Assembly: GCA_905178155.1 (NCBI GenBank)
Contig: CAJINV010000003.1
Location: forward strand, 816,517 to 880,516
Direction of reading: 5' to 3'
Length of the DNA stretch: 64,000 nt
Origin: Amoebophrya sp. A120
Taxonomy: Eukaryota; Protista; Dinoflagellata
Shown here: positions 12,501-24,154 of the stretch, piece by piece
Layout: each line of letters begins with the position of its first letter
How positions within the stretch are numbered: position 1 is the stretch's first letter
Program-made: the position numbers and the translations under genes
The notes under the pieces: model-generated
The model's database searches: none
What the model was told of the DNA's origin: nothing
What the model saw: the letters and a program-made list of their open reading frames with translations, nothing else

Positions 12501-15500
12501 GGATACTTGCCCGCACGATCGAGGCCACGACACGACAAACGCTTGTGGAAATGGAGGGCTGGATTGCAAAAAGGGTATAACATACGTGAAGATAATTTTT
12601 CTCACAGGAGCAAGTAGAAGCTTGAGTTTTCTTCTTGTGCATCGCGATGCTTGAACCACGATGATCACGTCGGATATTAACAAGTAAATGAAAAACAACG
12701 TCAAAAATTCAAACACCGCCCCACGAGGTTTCTTTGGAGAACGAGGTAATCAACAAGTACATGGAGGCGATTCGCATCCGCGTCGCCGCGGAAGTGGAGC
12801 CCCCAGCGAAGAGTAAGGAGAAAAAATTGATCGAGTATGCCGTGGAGACGTCAATTTTGGAGGAGTGTACCCCCGTGCCGTCGTTTGCGGTCCAGCCACC
12901 GCCTGGGTCCGTTCCTCCGCGCACGACCATTTCGTCCGCTTCCAGCGCGGCAAGCGCCGCTAGTTCCTCGTCCCAGAAGTCGGCACGCGGAGGTTTTTTT
13001 CCGAGTAATTCCTCGAGCACCTCCTCGTCCGCGTGTAGTTCTTTCTCGGGAGCCGTGATTGTGGACAAATTCCTCAGTTGTGCATCTTCAAGGCCTGCTG
13101 GCGGCGCGTTCAGCAACGTGTTGATAAATGGGTCCTCCTCCTCGTCGTCGTCCAGCACAACTCCATCTTCGTTTATTCAGAAATTGGAGGCCATGTACCT
13201 GGCCGGTTGCCGCTACGAGGTTTTGGACCAGTTTCCTCCCTCTCTGCTCCGCTTCCCGGTGGACAAACTTTCGGACTTCGCCCGGTTTGTCCCCCCAAAG
13301 TGGTGCGGCTCCCCGCTGGTGCCGCTCTTGTTCTACAACCGGAGTTTACAGCCCGACGCGCTGGCGAAAATCCTGGCTGCGTGCACATCCGCTACGGATC
13401 TTCTCACCGATATGGAAGCGTCAGGACTGAAATCGTCAAAGTTGAAATACTTTGTGATGCATAAAATGCTAGACGCAAAGGGCCTGTCTTGCAGAGCAGG
13501 CAACTGAGGCCGATTATCAGCCTGCTTGGGGTGTGAGGTAGAGCTGCTAAGATAGCATGACAAAAGCAGTCTTCTCTGCTCAAACAGCATGACAAATTGT
13601 AGTTCCATGCTCCCAAAATTTGTCATGCGCCACTTGCAAGCTGGGCTCCAGCTTGTATCGCTTTTCTGCATTACAGATTATTTCAACTTTGTCGATTTCA
13701 TTCCTGACGCTCCCATAACCGAAGACAGCTTTGCGGGCATCGGCGGGCTCTGGTCGCCGCCTCCTGCGTCGCCGGAGGAGGGGCGGGTGCTCAATCGACT
13801 GCTCTACGGGGCCGCTACCGGCATTCTCGGGTAAGTACGGATTGCTCATGCTTCTTGTTGTGTGACTTTCACCTTTGATGTTTATTTTTTTTTCTGCGTG
13901 CATCTTGTAGTAGTAGTTCATCGAGGAGGTCAACACATGTTCATGTTGATGTTGATTCTCATTCTTTTTTATTCGCTTTGGTTGAGTTGCTGCCTTTCCT
14001 TGCTGAAATTGGTTCTTTAACAGTTCCCCCGGAACTACTTCTACCTAAGATCTATCACAACAGGATGTGGGCCCTTCTCTCCGGAGCCGATTTCCCCCCA
14101 GGATCCGCGTCCGGCTCCGGGAGCCTTTGTGAGCCCGTGCTGGCTATGGATTGCAAAAATGTCTGGGTCTGGAAGATTGCAACTTGTAATGCTGTTTTTG
14201 GATTCCAAAATAATCTGTATTGCATGACCAGCAACAGGACTCCAGTTTGTGTTACGCGGAGAGGGCATTTCTCATGCGGAATAGGCATTAGGAAGCCCTC
14301 TAAAAATCTGTGTTGCTAGATCATGCATTAGGGGCATCAGTCATCATACAAAAGATGCATGACAAGTCTGCATTGATTCTTCCAGACCCAGACATTTTTG
14401 CATTTGATACTGGCGGTTTTGGAGAGCGGAGCACTGGAGTTCACTGCGACACAAATAGACGATCTGGCGTATGAGGGAAAAATTTGCACTGCACCCAGAG
14501 CCAGAGCCTCACAGCACCAGCACCAGAGTACAACAAACATATTAATCCACTGCAGGTGCTGTCCGAAGATCTACGCAGCCTACGGAGGACGACTAGACAT
14601 ATCTAGATCTTCGTCCTTAGCAGCGTAGAAGTACTGTGGAGATAGTCCACAGGACTACTAGACAGACACTACGACAAGGCGACTCTAGTACTTTTTTAGG
14701 CTGTTGCACACGCTGGGCCCTTTATGAGTACTATTGCGCAACCGCAAGCAGAGAGAAATCAGTAGGACATTATGTTGCGGTGGATGTATGCGCAGAGTCC
14801 TCTGTGGTCTAGAGGCACCACTTCTAACAACTGTAGCTGTAGTTCCCCCGCCCTGGTGCTTGCACGTAAGTGTAGTTTCAGTTTGTATACTCCGTGAACA
14901 TGGTTTGTTGTGTGCCGTTGCAGATTTGTTTCCCTGTACATGGCGTATCCGAACCCCGTCGAACAGAAGGCACGGGACGACTTCAAGCAAGCAGCACACG
15001 CTGCTAACCCGCTGCTAGAGCAAGCCGCAGCCGGGATTAATATGGCCGCGGAGACCACAAGCCCGGCGGCAGCAGCAGGAGACCACCCCCCGTCGCAAAC
15101 CACTCCAGTGGCCGGGGCGGGTGGCGAGATGACCATGCTGATTCCCCCGCCAACCGTTGGAACAGGAACTCCGGAAAACCCCGTCGTTGTGCCGGTCAAG
15201 CTTTCCCGGAGTGTATTCGCATCAGCGACGGAGGCACAGAACCTCGCGCTCGCTGTGACTCCGCTGCTACCTGGCGATTCTCTCGTGCAAAACTTTTTTT
15301 CCTTTCTCCTCGTCACACTGCCACTGCACCAGCCTCCACCCAAGCCGGTAGCTGCTCCTGCCGCGGCCGAAGACGGGGAGCAGGCCCCCGCAGCGGAAAC
15401 TGCAAACGAGCAGGGCGAACTGCCACCAGTGGAGGTCGAACAGGCGGCGCAAGCACTTGATGCGGAAACCTTTTCCCTGCACTGCCTGCTGCAAGTGGTT

Positions 15501-16474
15501 GGGAAAATGTTGCCCCCAGTACTATATCCATTGTAAAGTAGGTATCGCAATAGTATAAATTGCATCACAAAAAACAAAAAATCTAGAAGAAAAATGGAAT
15601 TTGTAATGCTGCTGGAAGATATACGTAAACTTAAAATTAAAAAGGGATAATTTTCATGCATGATATTTATATTAGCAATTACTACGAGTACGATACTTCT
15701 TTTGCACAGGATATACTAGCGCCGCCCGCAGCCGAGCCGGAGGAGGAAGTTGTAACTGCGGTGGCGGAACTGTCCAGCTTTATCGAGAAGTACTTCAACG
15801 CCACCAGTATTGAGGAGAAGCTGGCGGTGGATGAAACGACGAACGACTTGCGGTATCCTGTGCAAAATCAAAAATATCGTACTAGTAGAAATCGAATGTT
15901 GACAAATTTGCGCAGCACGTCACATAGAATTTATTATTTGTAATGCTGATTTATTAGCTGGTTGGGAAGATGAAGATGAAGATTTGCATTTGCCATGCAC
16001 GATTGCGATTACTACAAGCCCGATACTTTTGCGTTGTATATAAGTCTGTCCCGCGAACTGTTTTTCGCGTATCCAGCAGTCTACCCGCCTATGGAAGCGT
16101 CAGGTTTGAAATCGACAAAGTTGAAATGATTCGCCATGCATAAAATGCAAGGCATGAAGTGCCTGTCTTGCCGGGATGGCAAGCGTGGCCGACTGTCAGC
16201 CTATTTAGGGCTTGAAATAGAGCTGCTAAAGTAGCATGACAAAAGCAGTCGTCTGTGCCCAAACAGCATGACAAATTCGATTCCGGTTCTCGGGAAATTT
16301 GTCATGCACCGCTTGGAAATTGGGCTTCCAACTGGTATCGATTTATGCATTACAAGTTATAATTTCAACTTTGTCGATTTCAAACCTGACGCTTCCATAC
16401 CGCCCGTGGCCAAGATCTTGGCTGCATGCGCGTCGCGATTCTTCCGCACGCAACCTGTCACTTGGGACTGGTGA
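3544..16474 (+). CDS. SPEF2: Sperm flagellar protein 2 / CPC1-like central-pair protein (CH domain, adenylate-kinase-like P-loop), ~30 exons
   Basis: Reconstructed N-terminus MSAYVLSWLNDELQLS...KQFASGYLFAEVLH...IMGEDRGTSLRLLYQIR matches the SPEF2 CH domain. Also YKHASYCDRVLDDLVHIADKI, P-loop VSGPPLSGK at ~7873-7899, LVEMEGWIAKR and C-terminus ...FFRTQPVTWDW*. Interrupted by 22 introners plus GT-AG introns. Confidence 0.85.
3633..3869. mobile_element. Introner family B (TATGGCGTTCTCAAACGTTACATTCTC TIR)
   Basis: DR tcggg; FASG|YLFAEV in the CH domain. Confidence 0.95.
3934..4083. mobile_element. Introner family C (TAT-N4-TGCAAAAGTATCGTACTCGTA TIR)
   Basis: DR cgacc/tgacc; SDD|LAEF. Confidence 0.92.
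4484..4632. mobile_element. Introner family C
   Basis: DR gcaag; QIRK|SLDE. Confidence 0.93.
4742..4954. mobile_element. Introner family D (…AAAAGTGTTACAGTTACAC TIR)
   Basis: DR ggcca/gccca; LGGH|KEPLL. Confidence 0.88.
6288..6407. mobile_element. Introner family E (TATCCAGGAAAAAACACC TIR), shortest element
   Basis: DR cgcac/cgcag; right end is ATG instead of ATA; frame restored. Confidence 0.85.
6543..6807. mobile_element. Introner family F (TATGAGAGTGCACAACTCCCCC TIR)
   Basis: DR caaga/aaaga; ADK|IFRHR. Confidence 0.88.
7391..7645. mobile_element. Introner family A
   Basis: DR cgtcc; EFAS|VAET. Confidence 0.93.
7944..8132. mobile_element. Introner family C
   Basis: DR gtcgt; HVFVV|DYEQ. 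Confidence 0.92.
8933..9173. mobile_element. Introner family F
   Basis: DR gagga; KVKR|KPRCYIV. Confidence 0.92.
9731..10010. mobile_element. Introner family A (degenerate)
   Basis: DR tgcag; LQSA|AQSP. Confidence 0.88.
10474..10700. mobile_element. Introner family F
   Basis: DR acctg; FMNL|KNEN. Confidence 0.92.
10752..11022. mobile_element. Introner family A
   Basis: DR cagcg/gagcg; GRS|AVRND. Confidence 0.9.
11183..11463. mobile_element. Introner family G (B-related, degenerate)
   Basis: DR agacg; imperfect TIR containing CTCAA(A/G)CGTTACA; LLKT|AEQF. Confidence 0.8.
11511..11725. mobile_element. Introner family E-like
   Basis: DR tcgag; TATCCAAGAAAAAAAC at left, TTTTTTTCGTGGATA at right. 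Confidence 0.88.
11789..11938. mobile_element. Introner family C
   Basis: DR gccaa. Confidence 0.92.
12284..12505. mobile_element. Introner family K (TATCCTGAGTAAAAAC TIR), degenerate
   Basis: DR ctggc/cttgc; RDLA|RTIEATT; removal eliminates the apparent stop at 12326. Confidence 0.82.
13411..13717. mobile_element. Introner family H (TATGGAAGCGTCAGG..GAAATCGACAAAGTTGAAAT TIR)
   Basis: DR accga; LLTE|DSF. Confidence 0.93.
14145..14409. mobile_element. Introner family A
   Basis: DR ctggc; PVLA|VLES. Confidence 0.93.
14470..14940. mobile_element. Introner family L (long degenerate foldback)
   Basis: DR tggcg; TATGAGGGAAAAATTTGCA at left vs TGCAGATTTGTTTCCCTGTACA at right; DDLA|YPNP. Confidence 0.75.
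15525..15713. mobile_element. Introner family C
   Basis: DR tacta; PPVL|APPA. Confidence 0.88.
15854..16040. mobile_element. Introner family C with decayed DR, now within a GT-AG intron (15853-16044)
   Basis: Flanks tgcgg/taagt; GT...AG splicing gives NDLR|LSRELF. Confidence 0.82.
16090..16399. mobile_element. Introner family H
   Basis: DR ccgcc; VYPP|VAKIL. Confidence 0.94.
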
Positions 16475-18365
16475 ATGATCACCGATTGGTGCACGAATGG
16501 TCGTGGTCCTCTCGTAGTGCATATCGTGCGAAAGTACTTTTCTAAGCTCCTGCCTGAGTGAGAATAGAAGTACATCAAAATTGCAGTCTGCACTAGTCGC
16601 AGCTGCTTCTTGCACTCGATAACTCCAAGACCGCACGTCGTCGCGATCGTGCAATGATCGCTAAGAAACGAAAAGAGAAGGCACTACAAGTATACTAGAT
16701 CCTACCAATAGCAATACTAAATTATGACTTCCCATAAAGAGGAATAGCAATAGGTACTACTGTGAACACACACAAGTAGATAAACCAGACAACTACAATT
16801 GATGAGCAAAGACGATGAGGTTAGTTCGTTGATAGCAAGCCCAGCGTCTGAAAAGGACATGGACAAATACGAGCGAAATGCAAGCAAAGTGAAAAGCATT
16901 TTCTTGAAAAAAAGGAACACAAGAGGAATGAGTTTCGATTGGGTTCTCGCAGTGTTCTCTTTGCCAAACAAAAAAAAAGCCATGGTGTGAAGAGAGGCAG
17001 TCTGTGTCTACTAGTCGTGTTGTTACTCAACCCACTTCATCTTCAACAACGCCAGCAGTGGCAAAATATAAATAAAAGCAAAAAGCCGCTGCAAGTCAAA
17101 CTAGCGTATAACTAGCGACGATGTAATTGTATAAATTACACGCTAAATAATGTAAATGAAAAGTGTATGTTGATGCTCGTCCTTGTCCTTCTACAATAGA
17201 CTTCGGCTGTTGCATCGATCCTTTGTGCCTAGGCAGGTGATGATCACCTGCCTAGGCACAAAGGATCATTGTTAGTATCTACTGAGCGAGATGAAGTCAT
17301 TGACTTTGACCATGTTCTCTGTAATCGCACCAAATATGTTAATGTTTCTTTTTGTTGGCAGCATACGCGTCGACTCCAGGTGAGACGTGAAAACTCGGTC
17401 CAGGAGAAGTTTGTAAGTTGCACTACTAAGACGAGCACTGACGACGATGAGCTACAACTACTAGTAGTACGCAAGAATTCCTGTTGAACAGTCTTGTATC
17501 TTCATGAAACGCAACGCATTGCGATCTTTCAAGTGCATCGCGGTTGCGAGTGTCGGTAAAAAATGAGAAACTTGCTCTTGTGACGCCGATGAAATGAAAC
17601 AGAACAAGGATCACCCAAAATCAAAAAATCTCAGCCGAAGGCAAATAATCTTCAACTAGCCATGATCCTCAAATGTAAGTAGTCTCTTCGAGGCTCGCTT
17701 TATGTACTATTCGGATTCATGTATATAAAAATGAATTTGTATTGCTGCAGCTCGGTCCGTCTTGATGGCGATGGTGGCGCTTGCACGCAAAATGTCGGTG
17801 ATGAATCGTCCTACTTATTAGAATCCACGAACAAAATGTCTATACAGTTTGAACAGTGCAGAAGCTTCTATCATACCTACTCCTGCTACTGTATTTTATT
17901 ATTTTGTGCATCAAGTAAACTCGAACTCATCGCAACAAAACCTGACAACTTTCCCAAAAATTAATCGTGACGGCGCGGCCAAGGAGCAACGTTCTAATAT
18001 TTGTCATTCTTAACCTTAGCGCGCATCTTTATTTTCTGACGCTTAGAGGTAGTACAAAGATCCTCATCCTTTTTATTTCGTCCTCCGTAGCCAGCATTAT
18101 TTTTATCCAAGGAGGTCCTGCTGGGTTTTTACCCGTAGAAACTGCAGCAAGTAGAGGAACTTACCACCACTACAGCCAGCTACGGCAGCAAGAGCGACAA
18201 ACCGCACACGACTACAACTAGACTTCACGAAACCAGATTTGTTATTTCCAACCTGACATCAGTTTATTTATTGCTGCAGAGATCGCATATATCATTCTGT
18301 TTACAAAGATGATTATAAAGAACTACACTCCAAGCCGCTGGTCTCCAGGGCTGGTTGCCCGCACT

Positions 18366-21300
18366 ATGTTCGTCGTCGCGTTCGAAGTTCCGATTGTCTT
18401 AGGCGTTCTTTTTTCGCGTGTGGCGGCCCTCTCGGTCTCGAGTGCCGGAGCGGCGTCGAAGTCGAACCATGTTGGGGTGCTGCAGATAAAGAACGTGTAC
18501 TTCTACAAGACGAAGCTGACAGAGTACGAGGAGAGCGCGCAGCTAATCGAAAAACTCACGGCCCGCGACATGTATCCACAGTAAATTTTCCGTACACGTA
18601 CAACTAAAAATGCACTTTCTACATGACAAAAAGCGTCACAAGCGGCATGCTCCAAGGTGGCGAGAAGTGTGATGAATTTTTTACATGTGCGGGATTAAAT
18701 TTCATGTGGATAACATGGCGCTCCATCTTTCGCCGCTCCGATACCGCACCGGCATTCAGCAGAAAAAAGACGGTCTCGGAAAGTCGCAAAGCGAAAAGTG
18801 GTATGCTTCTCGCGCAAATGGTTGCTATCGTTACACTATGCATTGCAAAAGTATCGCACTAGTATCCATTGCATCGCGAGTTTTCATTTTCTCGAGAACA
18901 AAGAAAAGCAAGGGCAACTTGTCATGTTAGTTCAGGTAGACAGTCGGGCTTGTCGTGCATGATTGCAATTACTACGAGTAGTGCGATCCTTTTGGAGTGC
19001 ATATACATCTGGAAAGCGCAAACCGTTACAGTGCTGCCCGCTGTCGAGGCGCGAGGTTCTACGCTACCCAGTGTGGTCACGCTGTGGTTTCTCGTGGAAC
19101 TATTAATGGATGGGCACCACTACGACCACATCACCGGCAGTGCGGAAAGACGCTGGAAACTGGCACTACCCCAGGCACTCACAAAAGTCCTTGAAGCGCA
19201 CCACCAGCAGCCCCAGCCGCTGGAGACTCTTGCGGCTGCAATTCACGAAGGCAGTGCTGGGTTTACTCTGTTTGACGGGCAGCAGCTGCGCCAGCTAAGA
19301 GAGCAACCGATGAGAAGTGCTGGCAGGCGTCGAGGAAACGAACAACCTGTAGCGAGATGGCAACGCCAGGAGCCGGTAATCCAGGAAGAGCAGGAGGTGC
19401 AGATTTTGAACCGGCACTTGGCCATTTTTGAGGCGGACCGCGCGTTTCAAGAAGCTGTGTTGGGACCAGAAGGAACAAGTGTCGGCCGCTCGGGCAAAAT
19501 ACCCCTTCACAAGCGCATCACTTTCATCAGTGGCCCTCCTGGAAGCGGCAAAAGTGTACAGCTGCTTGCGCTTCTGACCAAGATCGAGGCAGAAGTACCG
19601 GAGGCCGTGGGCAAGGGCCAGGTAGTCCTGCAGTACCACACCCAAAGCGAGCGGCTACGGCAGGACATTGAGACTCGGCTGCAGAAGCACTACGCTGTAG
19701 TGCCCGAATCTTTCTCGGGCTCGGACAACTCGTCTGACGGCGAGCAGAAAGCAGATGGAACAACTTCGAATGAGGCTATGCTAGTAAAACCGCTCCAAGG
19801 ACACGGAATCTCTGTACAACCTGGGCCACTTAAATTGTCGGCACTGTCACCGTATGCGCTGCAAATATGTCTGAGGCTGGAAGGATGCGAACTTGTGGCG
19901 CGCGTTTCACAGCACACACAATTCTCCCATGCATTGGCAGGAAAAGATGTCCGCTGCCACTTCCTGTCTGTCGCTGTCCTCACCAAAATGGGGGTGATTT
20001 GCCATGCCGATTAGGCGTTGCGGAAGCTTCTCGAAATGTGTGACGCTAGGGCTTCCATGACAGTCCTTCTATGTCAAGTAAAAACAGCTTGACACTCTTC
20101 CAGACCCAGACATATACTTATTTGCAATGCATAAAACGAAGCAGGAGGAGGGACTACTTGACGCGGTGGAGAAACAGCCTCTCCACGATTACCAGGGCGC
20201 GGAGGAGTACAGGAATAGTTGGGGCAGCCGCGGCCTTATGCATTGCAAATGTGTCTGGGTGGAGCTGGAAGGTTGCAACTTGCCATGCGAGATCTCGATC
20301 ACAAAAAAATCTGTGTTGCATGAACGCCACAAGCTACTCACTTCTTGTTAGGCAAAAGTCGGCTTTTTTATGCGGCATAGGCATGAGGAAGGTCTCGCAA
20401 AGTCTGTGATGCTTTTGATGTGTGCATTCCCGATCATCATCATGCATGTGGACGTGGTCCGCGAGATGCATGACAAGTCTTGCATTCTTGTTCGAGACCC
20501 GCCAGACGCATTTGCACTTGATGGGCCTTCTAGATTTGTATCAGATGACTGCCGCCATCTGTTTTGACCTAGACCTCTTCGCACAAGAGGAAGACGGAGG
20601 CCTGCGCGGCCCTCGGAAAAAGTGCAAGAAACGCATCAAGAGTAGCTTCTCTCGGAAGGTCAACAACATGGCTGCGCATCTCGGTGACAACTTCGCCTCG
20701 CATCTGGCGGGCGCGTTTCTGGCATTTTCCTTTTGGCGCAATTCCGCCCAGAAAACTGCGCCGGGCCCGTTGACACGGTGGTCGAAAGCCTACGAAGGAG
20801 ACAGCTCCTTTGCGACGAACCTCAGAAGGATCTTGAAGGGTGCGCAGATGGCTTACATCGCGATCGACGAAGCCCAGAATCTCTCGCCAATGGCCTTGGC
20901 GCGCTACCTCGACTTTGCCCGGCGACACCCTACACTCCGCCTGGTTTTCGCGTTTGACCAGAATCAGCAGCTTTTGGGCGGTTTGAACGACAAGCGCCTG
21001 TTTGTGAGCGAAATGGTGAAGCGCGACCTTTATTCAAGAAATAAAGAAACAGGAAGCGACTCTGCTTCGCAACGTGTAATCTGGGAGACCCAGCTTCCGG
21101 GGGTCTGGCGCTCTCCGTCACGCCTCGTGCCGGTTCTCCAGGTAATTGCCACCATGCGCAAACGCTTAACGAGCCCGCGTACTGGTGGCGCGGGTCCAGA
21201 CCAGAAGTTTCGTAGCGCCTACGAAGGGCGCGAGGACGTAGAGGGTAGTACGAACAGCGACGGCCCCGTGATCGTGGCGCTTGAGTTGAACAAGGGCCAG

Positions 21301-24154
21301 ACTAGTTTTGCCGATATCAAGAAACAATTTGAAGATGGCCCGCAGCCATCGGAAGGTGAAAGCGGTGCCAGGCGTCGTGCTGGGGGTACAGGGGTGTTGC
21401 GAAATGCGCAACGCACGAAGGGGATGACTGTGCGCAAGGGAAGTCGGATTTTGAAACACAAAAAGAAGGCAGGCGGCGCCCGCGTGAGTCAACGGCGTAG
21501 GGTAACAGTGAGGAGGGAACGGAAGCGGACCGTTTTCGGGCGCGCGGCATCTTCAGACGAGGGAGAACCTGCGTCTGCGAACATCAGCAGCACTAACGCT
21601 AAGGTCGACACCCTCGACAGCATGCCCTGGATCTACCTCGATGAAGACGGGGCGAAAAATTGGGACAGCGATGCGACCAGCCTTTCGGCCCTGCAGGCAC
21701 AAGGCCAAGAGTGGCCCGTCGTTGTTGTCGCGGACCCACATGAAATCCTGAGTAGTCGCAATGACGGCCCGGCCGCGGTGCGCGAGCGTGCCGACGGGCT
21801 CGCCAAGCTGTTTGTCGCACTTTCACGGGCGACAGAGCGCGTTCTCATATTGACGAAAAATGCGGCCCGCCTTCAGCAGGCTCTGGCACTGGCTCTCTCC
21901 GTGGGGACGCAAGACTTCGCGGTAGCGAGAAGCGCTGCGCAGCTCAGAGAGATTCTGAAGAAAACCCGGCGCAGCGCCCGCACGTGGGTAAGCTCCTTCG
22001 CCGAGTATTTGGCTAACGAGCAAACGCAGGAACAGGCGAAAGCCAGCTTTGTGAAGCACCTGCTCGACGGCGAAGGCGGCGCCGCAGGGGAGCGCCCCGC
22101 GCACTGGAGCAAGAAGTTCCGCGCGTTTGGCGACAGGTCTCTTGACTGCATTGTCGCGAGGATGCTGCGGGACAAAGCCTCCTGGCATTTCGCGGAAAGC
22201 CCGCAGGATGCCGCGTGGAAGGTGTTTCGCGATTTAGTAGCCGAGCAGGACGAAGCAAAGCGCATAGAAGACGAATCCTGGTCCTGGGTTGCGGAAGCCG
22301 GGGAGGCGGCAAGCTTTATCGGGTTGCAGCGTGATGAGACTTTCAAGCAGAGCAACCTGGCGAGCGAGGAGCCTGTTGGCGAAGGTGATGGTGGCCGACC
22401 TGGCCCTGCATCCGGGCCACCTGGCGGGCAAGGTCCTGACGGCGGAAACGCGGGCGACGAGGCGGCTGCGGCTCGTGAAACGGCGCCTGTCGAATTCAGT
22501 GAAGGGCAAATAGTCACTATTCATGGGCTCTTATCAAAACCGGAGTTCAATGGCAGACTAGGGCAATTGGGCCTCTTCTCCACCTTAAAAGACCGCTGGC
22601 AGGTACGCCTAACCTCTGCTGCTGGAGGGCAGGAGCCGCCCATACTACTAAAGCCCGATAACATAAGCGCGGTGTCTGTTTATATCGATCCCGAAATTCC
22701 AGCGGCGCACACGCACTGCAAATGGGTGCGTGAGTTTTTCGCTCAGACGCTCGAACTTCAGAAAACTTGGAGTGCGGGCGCGAACTTGCTACAGGCGAAA
22801 AACATCGGGCCCATCCTCGAAATCCTCCAGAAGGTTTTCGAAAGCCGTCTAATGGCGTACAAGGCTGATGGCTACACTTCGATAAACTATCCGACGCCGC
22901 TTTTGCATCCAGCGAGAAAATGCTTCCCCCGGCTGGAACCCAAATCGAAAGAAATTCAGAAGGCGCTGCTGTTGAGCAAGCAAGCGAGGACAAAAGCACA
23001 GGAGCAGGGGAGCGGACAGCTCGGAGTTCAGTTTCGCGGTCCTAGCGTCGAAGATAGCATTAGGTTCTTAGAACTTCTAAGAAAAGAGATGGAAGAAAAG
23101 CCTCAGGAATTGAGGAAAGAGCAAAAAGACAAGTACGGCGAGGGGCGGGAGGACGCAGATGAAATAGACACCGGGCTACGGGATTTCTTCCATAAAGAAT
23201 TTCAGCGGCTTCGCGAGATCGCGATTTTGGAGATGGTGCACCTGAACGACCTATCCTGTGCAAAAGAAAATGAAAAAGTATCGTACTCGTATAAATGCAA
23301 GTCTTGCATTACAAATTAATAAATTCTTTTCTTGAGGTAAATCCGCATTACAAATTCTATTTCTCCTCGGGCACAGCCAGCATCTGTCCAAAACAGCCGA
23401 GGGCCAGGATGACACCCTGAGGACGACCACAGGGGGTCTGTCTCAACGACGACGACGATGACGATGCTGGGAAAATTTGTAGTGCCTTTATACGACGAGT
23501 ACAATACTGGAATACTTTTACTTTTGCAGTGCATACGACCCTCGTCAATCCGAAGCCTACCCACCGGAGGCCTCGGAGCCAATACAAGCTGTCCGCCTCT
23601 CCGGCCTTCAAGGTTCTCCGGAGCTGGATGGGAAGATAGGGCTCTTGCGGAGCTTCAATGCAAAAAGAGGGCAGTGGGTGGTGGAAATGATTTCCGAAGG
23701 CGGTCAAAAAGTCGAAGCATTTTTCAGGCCAGAGAATATTGAAATAATCACCGACAGCACAAATTTCCGAGAGGTCGAACAGGCAACGGAAGAGCCCGAG
23801 CAGCCAGCGCAAAAGGCCAAACAGGCAGGCCGGCGAGGGGCAGCACAACAGGAAAGGCCGGCGGTGGCCGATCGCTCGGTGCCGAAAGAACGCGAGGACG
23901 GCAAATGCCGAGCTCAAGGTAAAGCTAAAGGGAAGAGGGGGCCGCGCTCCCGCAACGGAGAGCGACCACCCCCTGCCGCAACGGAGAGCTCCCGCAACGG
24001 AGAGCTCCCGCAACGGAGAGTTTGCAAGGACGGGCCGAAGTTAAAGGGATCCTTGGGTACGATACAGGAGCGCGGATGTGCAGTAACGATAAATCTAGGT
24101 GGGGCACCGGTAACGGGCCGAAAAGCTCTCCTGATGCTCGGATTTGACGTTTAG
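18366..24154 (+). CDS. Signal-peptide-like N-terminus, RelE/ParE-like domain, superfamily-1 UvrD-like helicase, two SH3-like repeats
   Basis: After removing 5 introners: hydrophobic N-terminus, KWYASRANGCYRYIWK...LWFLVELLMDGHHYD, Walker A GPPGSGKS (19532-19555), IAIDEAQ, FDQNQ, WRSP, QAQGQEW and LFVALSRA; stop at 24154. An upstream in-frame ATG exists at 18309. Confidence 0.75.
18573..18712. mobile_element. Introner family I (TATCCACAGTAAATTT TIR)
   Basis: DR acatg; ARDM|ALHL. Confidence 0.87.
18837..19003. mobile_element. Introner family C
   Basis: DR tacac/tacat; CYRY(I/T)|WKAQ. Confidence 0.88.
19853..20133. mobile_element. Introner family A
   Basis: DR decayed, caccg/aaacg; ALSP|KQEE. 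Confidence 0.85.
20237..20523. mobile_element. Introner family A (degenerate)
   Basis: DR ggcct; right end ATG; SRGL|LDLY. Confidence 0.87.
23252..23535. mobile_element. Introner family C with internal expansion
   Basis: DR cgacc; HLND|PRQS. Confidence 0.9.
23947..24020 (+). repeat. Four copies of 16-bp CTCCCGCAACGGAGAG
   Basis: Units at 23947, 23973, 23989 and 24005. Confidence 0.85.

Noticed and set aside
12709-13158. Minus-strand acidic 149-aa ORF
   Set aside because: It overlaps a plus-strand SPEF2 exon that is in frame with its neighbours.
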